Positions 25,077 through 37,341 of a DNA stretch of 64,000 bases are shown here, piece by piece. Below the pieces are notes generated by a model, which ran no database searches, had not been told where the DNA came from, and saw only the letters and a list, made by a program, of their open reading frames with translations. How positions within the stretch are numbered: the first letter of the stretch is position 1; every line of letters starts with the position of its first letter. The stretch comes from Prorocentrum cordatum. Taxonomy: Eukaryota. The position numbers and the translations under genes were made by a program. Location of the stretch: positions 1 through 64,000 of the forward strand of contig CAUYUJ010000142.1 in NCBI GenBank assembly GCA_963575745.1, written 5' to 3'.

Positions 25077-26624
25077 CTAGTTCGTACTGGAAATCCTCGC
25101 TCGCAACTCATCAATGTTGATCCCTGGCTCAAGCTGACTCATTGCACGACTAATCCCCCAGCAATTCTGAAGAAAGAACTTGGCCACGATCATCCCTGGA
25201 GGGGGTAGGTGATCACTGGAGCCCCACATGAACGTGATCGGCGGTCCCGTCTCAGCCCTAAGATTTGAATGGTGCTTCTTGAAGCTCTTGAACTTTGCCT
25301 GAAGGATCCCAGCGGCATCCAGATGGGGCTTCTTCCAGGGGGGGGCCTCCACGTGAACCTTGAGGGCCCTGGGAGCATGCTGGAGTTTGTTGTCGGCAAT
25401 CGCGGCGACGAGTCGACGACGGAAATCCCACAGCTGGTCACTGGTAACCCGTTTCTGGAAATAGAGCCGAGCACGCGAATCACCACATGCCTCTCGACCT
25501 GTGTTGAACTTCTTGGATTGGTTCAGGTCAAGAAGCTCCTTGACACCACTGAACCATTCTCCAGCAAGGACCTCATTCAGGAGTGAATTCAACGCCTGCT
25601 GCGATGACATCTCCTCCTGACGCTTCTCTGCATCCCGCCAGTCAGTCACCCATCCCTTGAGCTCGACGAATGACGGAGTGAAATTCTGCATGGACTCACG
25701 AGTCTCCGCCGAGGACGCCGTCGTAGAGGTGCCTGCTCTGGGGGGCCCACCTGCAGGAGCCTGCTGGAGCTGAATAATCTGAAGCCTCTGATCCTCCACC
25801 TTCTTAGTAATGGCATATATGTCCGTCATCGCCTGCTGCACATTTTTCTCGACCGAATCAACACGAGCATTGAGCTGGGCGCCGAGATCCGCGATGCTTC
25901 GATGAGAAGACTGGAACCCCTCAGTCATCTTACCTCCCAGAGATGCTACAAGCCCAGTGATCTTATCCATACCCCTAGTCATGGCCTCCTCGAGGCCCTC
26001 GACAGTCTGAACTTTGACACGTTTCCCCTCTGGGACCTCCTCCTCCTTGGCTCCTGGAACGGGCATATCAGTGGCATCCATGGCGAAAATCTCTGGGACC
26101 ACAGCAGCTGATGAGGCAGCCATCTTACCGTCTGAGATGTTGCGAGGGATATCCCACTTCTCACAGAACGATGGATCTTCTCGAGTGCGCTTTAGATGTG
26201 CACCTAACTGATGAAAGTTGTATGGGGCACCAGGATTATGGGGTAGAGTAGGGGACAGATCAGGTGGTCCAGATGGTATGTCAACTAGAGAATATTTATC
26301 GTCGCGACGTGATACACAAACCTGTCTGGCATGATATTCCCACTTCCCAGTGTCCGAAGTTCGATCCCCAGCGGTCCAGATCAATCGATAAACTCTGGCT
26401 CGTCCCGTTGAGCTCGACGCGGCAAAATGCCGCACGCAATGCACACAAACAAATACAAACAAAGCGCAGGCGGCCTGCTTGCCTCGGACTCGCCGAAGTC
26501 GCCGAAGATGCCGAGCGGCCCGATCGCCACGCGCCCCCGCGCGGCAGGCCAGGCCACGGGCAGGCTGCCTGACCGCACAATGCGGCTCGAGCCGCACGAG
26601 AAAGCCCAGAGTTCCCGGCGGCAA
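25077..26624 (-). CDS. LINE-A ORF1 (coiled-coil plus conserved C-terminal domain; start uncertain, first ATG at 26123)
   Basis: Open 515 codons. The motifs PSFVELKGW, VEAPPWK and ETGPP have counterparts in ORF1 of LINE-B and LINE-C. Confidence 0.85.
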   Translation of the reverse strand: MPPGTLGFLVRLEPHCAVRQPARGLACRAGARGDRAARHLRRLRRVRGKQAACALFVFVCVHCVRHFAASSSTGRARVYRLIWTAGDRTSDTGKWEYHARQVCVSRRDDKYSLVDIPSGPPDLSPTLPHNPGAPYNFHQLGAHLKRTREDPSFCEKWDIPRNISDGKMAASSAAVVPEIFAMDATDMPVPGAKEEEVPEGKRVKVQTVEGLEEAMTRGMDKITGLVASLGGKMTEGFQSSHRSIADLGAQLNARVDSVEKNVQQAMTDIYAITKKVEDQRLQIIQLQQAPAGGPPRAGTSTTASSAETRESMQNFTPSFVELKGWVTDWRDAEKRQEEMSSQQALNSLLNEVLAGEWFSGVKELLDLNQSKKFNTGREACGDSRARLYFQKRVTSDQLWDFRRRLVAAIADNKLQHAPRALKVHVEAPPWKKPHLDAAGILQAKFKSFKKHHSNLRAETGPPITFMWGSSDHLPPPGMIVAKFFLQNCWGISRAMSQLEPGINIDELRARISSTN

Positions 26625-29600
26625 TCTTGGTTACCGCCGGGAACTCGTAGAGCGTCCTCCTGGAATGCCAGCGCGACAATCACGTATTCCAGGCGCGCAA
26701 GGGTATAGTTTCATGAAGGCGGACTGGAAGAGAAGAAGGAGTGAGGAGAAAGGAGATGAAGGAGGATAAGAAAAAGAAGAAAGAGCAGGAGGAGGAGGGG
26801 GAGAAGGAGAGGAATGACGAGAAAGGCATCGTGATCTCTGAAAAAAAGTCGGAATGATTTTCTGGTTCTAACTCTGGAAACGTGACAAGTTCAGGCATCT
26901 GGATACGTAAGACTAACGCGTTTGATGATTTCCTTCCGATTGATGTGCCAAACAGCTCTGTAGCTTGTCTGCTGCTCGAGTTAAGTCAAGACAGATACCC
27001 GCATCTCTATAAACATTAGCAGAGCATGAGAAGTTGATCTGACCCAGCTCTGGTAGCAGACCAAGTTTGGGCATTTAGATTATTTAGACTAGTGTGTTTC
27101 CTTTTCCTCTCGACTGCTGTGACAAACAGCTCTAGAACCATCACCATCTCTAGAAAATTAACAGAGTACGAACAGTTTTTCGAACCCGGCTATGGTAGCC
27201 GATCCAGTTCGATACTTCACTAGCGCGCCTGAAATGGTGATAAATGTGCCAGGCAGAAAGAAGTCAATGCGCGTTTGAAGTGGACATAGGCGAGGGCGAT
27301 ATTTAAGAAAGGGAGGTGCACGGTGGAAGAGATCAAGGCGGCCCGTCAACTGAAGCAGAAAGAGAGCAGCTTGCGCAGAAGACGTTCGACGGAGCGCCAC
27401 TTCCGACCAGAAGTACAACCCAGAACACACAAGGTTCCGGGCGGTAAACTGTCAACCTGGCTACCGCCGGGAACCTCGTAGAGCTCTTTTTTTGCGCGGC
27501 GATCCTCGGAACACATGAAGAAAGCTTCTGAAGCGAGAAACGAAAAACTCGAAAAATCACACTTTCTGTTTTTATCGAACGTCGGTTGCTCCAAGTGTTT
27601 TGATAGCTGTACTGCACCTACGGACCTCAGAATTTTGCTGGCAGACGCGGCATAACCCACTGCAGGTGCGAAAAATCACCTTTTTCAAAATGAATGGTCA
27701 AACTGGCACCGGCGGTGAACATTCAACCTGGTCACCGCCGGGAACCTCGTAGAGCTGTGAGAGTGCTCATAGTCGAAGGAGAGAGCTTCTGGAGGCATTT
27801 CTCAAAAATTGCATTGTTTTCATGTCGACATAAAGTTGGTTCCGCCAAGTGTTTTGATAGTAAAAGTGCGCCTACAGAGCTCATATTAAGACGCAGAGGC
27901 CCTCACAGTCGTCCACAGGTGCGAAGAATCTGGTTTCTCAAAATGAATGGTCAAATATCTTTCAAATCTTAGGAAAACCAACCAAAAGTTGTCACATTGT
28001 CCGTTCTGGCCGGGTCGACCAACTGGCTCCACACCGCCGGAATTCCTCTAGCCCATCGATTTCGAAGAGCTCTACGAGGTATATCTTTCAAATCGTTGGA
28101 AAACTGATCCCAGGTCATCTCATTGTCTCTTAATGTCGGGTAACCCAACTAGCTCCACCCCGCGCCGGAATTCCTCTGGCTCACGAGGTACTAGGGTGTT
28201 ACACTGGCGCCGGCGGTGAACCGTCAACCTGGTCACCTCCGGAAACCTCGTAGAGCTCCTCCACGCGTGAGAGTGCTGATAGTCAAAAGAGAGAGCTTGT
28301 CGAGGCATTTCTCGAAAAATTGAACATTGATTTTTTTCATTTCGAGATGAAGTTAATTCCCCCAAGAGTTTTGATGGTGAATGTGCGCCTAAAGAGCTCA
28401 TACTGGGCGACGGCGGTAAACCGTCAACCTTTCTTACCGCCAGGGGACTCGTAGAGCTTCCTGACCATGCATTATGTCGAGAACGAATAGTTTTAGAGCC
28501 CGGGCTGCCAGCAGACTGATCTCAGGCGTCTAGTGATATCCCATTGCTCTGCTCAACAGTTCTATCTCATCTGCAGCGTCTGGAAAATACCTTAGGAGAA
28601 CTTTCGCCTCATGATTTCCTTCTGATTTTTCGGCCGCTCGAGTTCAGCTAAGCAATTCACCATTATTTGGAAGAACGAATACGAAAAAAAATTATGCAGC
28701 TGCCCTGAAGCTCGAGTAAAGTACAGAAAACCGACAGTCCCTGTAGAGATCACTCGAAGGATACGAATAGTTCTGCGAACCCAGCTCGAGTAGCAGACCG
28801 AGTTGAGACCTCTGCATGCAACAGGCGAACGCCTGATGTATCCGAATCGGTTTCTGTAAATACGAGCCCTGTATTTGCCCTGAAGCCCGAGTTAAGTACA
28901 GATAACCGAGAGTACCTCTTAAGATAACTCGAATAATACGAATAGTTCCACACCTAGCTCGAGCAGCAGACCGAGTTCAGATCTCTGGATCCAACAGACA
29001 AACGCGCCTGATGATCCTAAATTCTTTTCTGTTAATATCAGCTCTGTAGCTCTTCTGTAGCTCGAGTTATGTTTAGAAAACCGTCGCCGCGTGTCAAGAT
29101 GACCCGATACGGCCGATCCCGCCGCAGTGCTTTTTGACAGTAATATCTACCTGATCGACCTGAGACTGAGATGACGAGCGGGAATAAGATCAAATATCAC
29201 GAAAAATAATACTAGAGCTTGAACGAATTTTGAATTTCAAGGACGAAATGTTCAACCGACGAAAAGTTAGCAAAAGGTCCGTCGAGGTTTTTCTTGTCAA
29301 CTAGCTCTCCACCGTCCCAGAATTGCTCTTGAGCGTCGAGCAACTAGCTAAGAGAAGCTGTACAATTCATTCAAACGCAGAGGCTCTCATAGTCGTTTAT
29401 AGGTGCGAAGAATCTGGTTTCTCCAAATAAATAATCAAATATACTGGGAACCGGCGGTAAACCGTCAACCTGGTTACCGCCGGGAACCTCGTAGAGCTCT
29501 TTTCTTGCACGGCGATCGTCGAAACACATGAAGAAAGCTTCTGGAGCGAGAAACGAAAAACTCGAAAAATCACGTTTTTCTGTTTCTATCCAACGTCGGT

Positions 29601-31428
29601 TCCCCCAAGTGTTTTCATAGTAATACTGCACCTATGGGCCTGAAAATTTTACTGGCAGACGCGGCATAACCCACTACAGGTGGGAAAAATCTGCTTTCTC
29701 AAAATAAATTGTCAAATATCTTTCAAATCTTCGGAACACCGACCCAAAGTCACCACGTTGTCCGTTCTGGTCGGGTCGGCCAACTAGCCCCAGCCCGCGC
29801 CGGAATTCCTCTAGCTCATCGATAACGAAGAGCTCTACGAGGGATTTCACATCTTAGCAAAACCACCAAAAAATTGCCACATTGTCCTTTCTGGCCGGGT
29901 TGATGGCAGCGTCCACTTGGCAGCGTCCAAAACTGGGCGCCGGCGGTAAACCGTCAACCTTTCTTACCGCCGGGGGACTCGTAGAGCTTCCTGACAATAT
30001 ATAATGCCGAAAAAATTGCAGAGAACGAATAGTTTTTTCAGTCCCAACGATTTCAGACCTCTCCATGCAACAGCCGAACGCCCCCGATGCTTCTGGATTG
30101 TCTTCTGTGCGATTTCTCTGCTCTCCTACAGCCCGAGTTACGTGCGTAAGTCGACAGCGCCTCTCAAGATAACTCGAACAATACGAATAGTTTGGCAAAC
30201 CTAGCTCGAGTATCAGACCGAGTTCAGACCTCTGAATGCGACAGGCGGACTCGTCTGATGTCTCTGGATCGATTCCTGTGATTACCAGCCCTGCAGCCCC
30301 CCAACAGCCCGAGTTAAGTGCAGAAAACCGACAGCACCTCTCAGGATGACTCGAACAATACGAATAGTTTCGCGGACCTAGTTCAGGCAACAGACCGAGT
30401 TCCGAGCTCTGGATTCGACAGACGACGCGCCTGATGTCTCCAAATCGATTCCTGTGACTACCAGCACTGTAGCCGCCCTACAGCCCGGGTTAAGTACAGA
30501 AAACCGACAGCACCTCTCAAGATGACTCGAACAATACGAACAGTTCTGTGATTCTAGATCGGGCAGCAAACCGAGTTCAGAGCTCTGGATTAAACAGACG
30601 AACGCGACTGATCATTTTGAAACAGTTTCTCTAAGCATCAGCTCTGTAGCTGTCATATAGCTCGAGGTAAGCACAGAAAACCGAGAGCGCCTGTCAAGAT
30701 GACTCGAATAATACGAATAGATTTGCGGACCTAGCTCGGCTAGCAGACCGAGTTCAGACCGCTGGGTGCAACAGACGAACGCGCCTGATCATTCTGAATC
30801 GATGAGGTGTGCTTACCAGCTCTGTAGCTGTTCTCTATCTCGAGTTAAGTCCAATATACCGAGAGCGCGTATCAAGATGACTCGAAACGGCCGATCCCGC
30901 CAGTGTGCTTTTTGGCAGTAAAAGGTACCCGATCGAGCTGAGATCAAGATGGCGAGCGGAAATAAGATCGAATATCACGGGACAAAAATACTAGAGCTCA
31001 AACGAATTGAGGAATTTCGATAACAAAACTGGCGCCGGCGGTAAACCGTCAACCTGGTCACCACCGGGAACCTCGTAGAGCTCTTTCCACGCGTGAGAGA
31101 GCTCAGAGTCGGAAGAGAGAGATTCTTGAGCATTTCTCGAAAAAAAACAATATTGTTTTTTTTTTCATGTCGACATGAAGTTGGTTCCCCCAAGTGTTTT
31201 GATAGTAAATGTGCGCCTACAGAGCTCATATTAAGACGCAGAGGCCCTCATAGTCGTTTACAGGTGGGAAAAATCTGGTTTCTCAAAATGAATTGTCAAA
31301 TATCTTTCAAATCTTAGCAAAACCGACCCGAAGTCACCACTTTGTCTCTTAAGGCCGGGTCGGCCAACTAGCTCCACCCCGCGCCGGAATTCCTCTAGCT
31401 CATCGATGCCGAAGAGCTCTACGAGGCA

Positions 31429-32584
31429 CTGGGCACCGGCGGTAAACCGTCAACCTTTCCTACCGCCGGGGGACTCGTAGAGCTTCCTGACAATATATAA
31501 TGTCGAAAAAAATTGCAGAGAACGAATAGTTTTTAGCGCAAGCGATTTCACACCTCTCGATGCAACAGCCGAACGCCCACGATACTTCTGGATTGTCTTC
31601 TGTACGCGAACAAAACAAATAGTTTGGAAAACCCAGCTTGAGTACCAGACCGAGTTCAGACCTCTGAATCCGACAGGCGGACGCGTCTGATGTCTTCGAG
31701 TCGATTCCTGTGATTACCAGCCCTGCAGCTTCCCTGCAGCCCGAGTTAAGTGCAGAAAACCGAGAGCACCTCTCAGGATGACTCGAACAATACGAATAGT
31801 TTCGCGGACCCAGTTCGGCCAGCAGACCGAGTTCCGAGCTCTCGATTCGACAGACGGACGCGCCTGATATCTCCAAATCGATTCCTGTGATCACCTGCAC
31901 TGTAGCCGCCCTACAGCCCGGGTTAAGTACAGAAAACCGACAGCACCTCTCAAGATGACTCGAACAATACGAATAGTTTCGCGATTCTAGATCGGGCAGC
32001 AGACCGAGTTCAGAGCTCTAGAGTCACCAGACAACCGCGACTGATGATTCTGAATCAGTTTCTGTTAGTATCAGCTCTGTAACTGTACTATAGCTCGAGT
32101 TTAGTACAGAAAATCGAGAGCGCCTGTCAAGATGACTCGAATAATACGAATAGGTTTGCGGACCTAGCTCGGCTACCAGACCGAGTTCAGACTTCTAGAT
32201 GCAACAGACGGACGCGCCTGATCATTCTGAATCGATACAGCGTGCTTGCCAGCTGTGTTGCTGTCCCGTATCTCGAGTTAAGTCCAATAAACTGCTAGCG
32301 CGTGTCAAGATGACTCGAAACGGCCGATCCCGCCGCAGTGCTTTTTGGCAGTGAAAGGTACCCGATCGAGCTGAGATCAAGAAGGCGAGCGGGAATGAGA
32401 TCGAATATCACGGGAAAAAATACTAGAGCTCCAACGAATGGTTGAATTTTGAGAACAAAATTGTCAACCGACCAAAAGTCAGCAAAAGGTCTGTAGAGAT
32501 TTTTCTTGCCAACTAGCTCTCCAGCGCCCCAGAACTACTCTTAAGCTTCCAGCAACAACTTGCTAAAAGAAGCTCTACGAGTTA
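31429..32584 (-). mobile_element. Complete family-A HINE-like element
   Basis: Hairpin and actcgtagagcttc at the left, ~176-bp repeats inside, inverted gaagctctacgagt at the right. Confidence 0.85.
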
Positions 32585-34320
32585 TTTTCAGCCGACCAAA
32601 AGTCACCAAAAGGTCCGTCGGGACTTATCTTGCCAACTAGCTCTCCAGCGCCCCGGAGCTGGCGCCGGCGGTGAACCGTCAACCTGGTCACCGCCGGGAA
32701 CCTCGTAGAGCTCCTTTCACGCGCGAGAGAGCTCAGGGTCGGAAGAGAGAGCTTCTGGTGGCCGGGCCGGCCAACTACCTCCACCCCGCGCCGGAATTCC
32801 TCCAGCTCATCGATGCCGAAGAGCTCTACCAGGTACTGGGATCCGGCGGTAAACCGTCAACCAGGTAACCGCCGGGAGCCTCGTAGATCTCTGTTCTCGC
32901 GAGGCGCTGCTCGGAGCACACGGAAAAAGCTTTCTCAAGCGTGAAAAAAAGCTCGCAAAAAAAATATTTGTTTTATTTTCCATCCTTGCTTCGTGGACCT
33001 AGCTCGAGTGCGAGACCGAGTCTAGACCTCTCGATACGAGAAAAGAACGCGCCGGGTGATACTGGTTCCGATGATATGCGTACCAGTCTGTAGCTCTTCT
33101 AAATCTTTAGTTAAGGGAAACCGACAGCACTCGTCAAAATGTCTCGCATAATACGAATAGTTTCGCAGATCCAGCTCGAGTAGCAGACCGAGTTCAGATC
33201 TCTCGACGGAACAGACAAACGCGCCTGATGATTCTGAATCGGTTTCTGTAAGTATCAGCTCTGTAGCTGCCCTAAATCTCGAGTTAAGTACACAAAACCG
33301 TCAATGCGTGTCAAGATTCGAAACGGCCGACGGTTCCCTCAAGTCTTTTTATAATAATATTGCAGCTACGAACCTGAAATTTCACTGGCAGACGCGGCAT
33401 AACCCACTACAGGTGGGAAAAATACATGTTCTTAAAACGAACATTCGAATTTTACACAAAGATAGAAAAACCAACCCCAAGTCGTCACATTGTCTCTTAA
33501 GGTCGGGTCGGCCAACTAGCTCCACCCTGCGCCCGAATTTCTCTTAGCTCATCTTGCCGAAGAGCTCTACGAGGTACTAGCTCCACCCTGCGCCCGAATT
33601 CCTCTTAGCTTATCTTGCCGAAGAGCTCTACGAGGCATTACTCTCAAGCTTCCAGCAATAACTTGCTAAGGGAAGCTCTACGAATTACAAGCCCCACCCC
33701 GCGCAGGAATTCCTATAGCTCATCGATGCCGAAGAGCTCTACGAGGGACTCTTAAGCTTCCAGCATTAACTTGCTGAGGGAAGCTCCACGAGTCACTAGC
33801 TGCACCCCGCGTCCTCTAGCTTATCGTTGCCGCAGAACGCTGGCCGGTGTGGTGCCCGCCAGCAGTTCATCTCCACCACTCCACGATCCTCGCAGCACCT
33901 CGCCCGAGCCAGCAGCGGGTCCGCAACAATGCAGGATCGCTTCAGAAGGGTTTCACAAAGCTCAACAGGCGCCCCAGGAGGGATTGACAGAGCATTGCAG
34001 GAAGGCTCGCGTCCACGCGTGCCTGCACTCGTGCAGGCACGCATGGGGGCGTGCCTGGCAGTGCTTTCGAAGCGCTTCAGAGGGACCCAGGGAGCTCTCT
34101 GGGAAAGATTTCCCGTCCCGAAGGGTATCCTCGCTCTCCGGATTTTGAACGCTACCAAGTGAACATACCTGGTAGAGCTCTTCGGCATCGATCAGCTAGA
34201 GGGATTCTGGCGCGGGGGCTGCTAGTACCTCGTAGAGCTCTTCGGCATCGATGAGCCAAAGGAATTCCGGCGCGGAGTAGAGCTAGTTGGCCCACCCGGC
34301 GCGGACGAACAATATGTAAA

Positions 34321-35896
34321 CTGGCGCCGGCGGTAAACAGTCAACCTGGTCACCGCCGGAAACCTCGTAGAGCTCTCCAGACTGGTAAGAGTGCTGAGAA
34401 TCGAAGTAGAGTCATAAAACAGAGATTTTTCGAAAATCTTCATTTTCGATTTTTTCGATGTTCATAGTCGCTAGAAAATACATCGGGAGAGCTGAGCTGC
34501 CGTCAGAGAGGAGTTTACATGCCAATGCGACGCGCAAAAATCTGCTTTCTCAAAATAAATGGTTAGATATCTTTCAAATTTTCGCAAAACCGACCAAAAG
34601 TCATAAATTTGTCCGCCCGGGCTGGGTCGACCAACTGGGCGCCGGCGGTAAGCCGTCAACCTTTCTTACCGCCGGGGGACTCGTAGAGCTTCCTGACAAT
34701 ATATAATGTCGAAAAAAAGAATTTTTCAGCCCGAGCGATTTCAGACTCTCAATGCAACAGCCAAACGCCCCCGATGCTTCTGTATTGTCTTCTCTGCGAG
34801 CTCTCTGCTCTCCTACAGCCCGAGTTACGTGCGTAAATCGACAGCACCTCTCAAGATAAGTCGAACAATACGAATAGTTTGGCAAACCTAGCTCGGGTAT
34901 CAAACCGAGTTCAGACCTCTGAATGCGACAGGCGGACTCGTCTGATCTCTCTGGATCGATTCCTGTCATTACCAGCCCTGCAGCTTCCCTACAGCCCGAG
35001 TGAAGAGCAGAAAACCGACAGCATCTCTCAGAATGACTCGAACAATACGAATAGTTTCGCGAACCTAATTCAGGCACCAGACCGATTTCCGAGCTCTCGA
35101 TTCGACAGACGACGCGCCTGATGTCTCCAAATCGATTCCTGTGACTACCAGCACTGTCCCCCTACAGCCCGAGTTAAGTACAGTAAACCGACAGCACTTC
35201 TCAAGATGACTCGAACAATAGGAACAGGTTCACGATTCTAGATCGGCCAGCAGACCGAGTTCACAGCTCTGCTTTCAACAAACGACCGCGACTGATCATT
35301 CTGAATCAGTTTCTCTAAGTATCAGCCCTGTAGCTGTCATATAGCTCGAGTTAAGTACAGAAAACCGAGAGCGTCTGTCAAGATGACTCGAATAATACAA
35401 ATAGGTTTACGGACCTAGCTCGGGCAGCAGACCAAGTTCAGACCTCTGGGTGCAACAGACGAACGCGCCTGATCATTCTGGATCGATGAGGTGCGCATAC
35501 CAGCTCTGTAGCTGTCCTATATCTCGAGTTGAATCCAATATACCGAGAGCGCGTATCAAGATGACTCGAAACGGCCGATCCCGCCAGTGTGCTTTTTGGC
35601 AGTAAAAGCTATCCGATCGAGCTGAGATCGAGATGGCGAGCGGAAATTAGATCTAATATCACGGGAAAAAATACTAGAGCTCAAACGAATTGAGCAATTT
35701 CGATAACAAAATTTTCAATCGACCAAAAGTCACCAAAAGGTCCGTCGAGATTTTACTTGCCAACTAGCTGTCCAGCGCCCCGGAATGACCCTTTAGCTTC
35801 CAGCAATAACTTGCTAAGGGAAGCTCTACGAGTTACTAGCTCCACCCAGAGCCGGAATTCCTCTAGCGCATCTCTGCCGAAGAGCTCTACGAGGTA
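34321..35896 (-). mobile_element. Family-B HINE-like element carrying a nested family-A copy
   Basis: Inverted ends acctcgtagagctct / agagctctacgaggt. Removing 34635-35835 restores the usual family-B sequence gtcgaccaa|ctagctccaccc. Confidence 0.85.
34635..35835 (-). mobile_element. Complete family-A HINE-like element nested in family B
   Basis: ctgggcgccggcgg...ggaagctctacgagtta, with a 15-bp inverted repeat actcgtagagcttcc/ggaagctctacgagt. Confidence 0.88.
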
Positions 35897-37341
35897 ACTG
35901 GGAACCGGCGGTAAACCGTCAACGAGGCTACCGCCGAGACCCTCGTAGAGCTCTTTTCTGACGGCGCTCCTCTGTAAGCATGAAAAAAGCGTCAAGAGCA
36001 AGACCTGAGGAACTCGAAAAATCACGTTTTTCTGTTTTTATCCAACGTCGGTTCCGCCAAGTGTTTTGATAGTAATACTGCAGCTACGGACCTGAAAATT
36101 TCACTGGCAGACGCGCCTGAACCAACTACAGGTGCAAAAAATCTGATTTCTCGAAATGAATTCTCAAATATCTTTGAAATACTTGCAAAACCACCCAAAA
36201 GTTAACACTTTGTCCTGTCTGGCCGGGTCGACCAACTAGCTCCACCCCGCGCCAGAATTCCTCTAGCTCATCGATGCCGAAGAGCTCTACGAGGTACTTG
36301 GTAGCGTCCAAAACCCGGAAAGCGAAGAGACCCCTCGAACCGAGAAACTGGGCGCCGGCGGTAAACCGTCAACCTTCGTTACCGCCGGGAGACTCGTAGA
36401 GCTTCCTGAGAATAACTAATGTGGAAAGGAGACTTCTTGATCAGACCGAGTTGAGACCTCTGGATGCAACAGGCGGACCCGCCTGATGTCTTCAAATCGA
36501 TTCCTGCGATTACTAGCTCTGCAGACCCCTTACAGCCAGATTTAAGCGCAGAAAACCGAGAGCATCTCTGAAGACAACTCGAACAATACGAATAGTTCCG
36601 CGTATCTAGCTTGGGCAGCAGATCGAGTTCAATGCGACAGGCCGACGCGACTGATGTCTCCGAATCGACTCCAGTGATTACCAGCCCCGCAGCCCCCTCA
36701 CAGCTCGAGTTAAGTGCAGAAAAGGGACCGCACCTCTCAAGATGACTCGAAGAACACGAATAGTTTGCAGACCTAGCTCGGGCAGCACACCGAGTTCTGA
36801 GCTCTAGATTTGACAGGCAGGCGTGCATGATGTCTCCGAATCGATTCCTGTGAATACGAGCCCTGTAGCCCCCCTAGAGCCCGAGCTAAGTGCAGAAAAC
36901 TGACAGCACCTCTCAAGATGACTCGAACAATACCAATAGTTTCGCGAACCTAGCTCGGGCAGCAGACCAATGTCAGACCTCTAGATGGAACAGACGAACG
37001 CGCCTGATGATTCGAAATCGATTCCTGTGATAATGAGCTCTGTAGCTGCCCTATAGCTCGAGTTAAGTACAGAATACCGACAACGCGTATCAAGATGACT
37101 CGAAACAGCCGATCCCGCCGCTACGTTTTTTTGGCAGTAAAAGATACCCGATCGAGCTGAGATGAAGAAGGCGAGCGGGAATAAGATCAAATATGGTCAG
37201 AAAAAATACTAGAGCTCAAACGAATTGTTGAATTTTGAGAACAAAATTTTCAACCGACCCAAAATCAGCAAAAGGTCCGTCGAGATTTTTCTTGCCAGCT
37301 AGCTCTCCAGCGCGCCGGAACTGGGCGCCGGCGGTAAACCG

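Larger units (their letters stand above)
20845..26625 (-). mobile_element. LINE-A: full-length non-LTR retrotransposon (ORF1, APE endonuclease, RT, RNase H)
   Basis: Splits the hairpin ccggcggtggaccgtcaacCTTGG | CTTGGttaccgccgg, with CTTGG at 20840-20844 and 26626-26630. It has an A8 tail on the minus strand and the expected protein motifs. Confidence 0.93.

Noticed and set aside
36990..37030. Hammerhead ribozyme in the 176-bp unit (CTGATGA..GAAA)
   Set aside because: Most copies read CTGATGT or CTGATCA and GAAT, and stems II and III cannot be formed.
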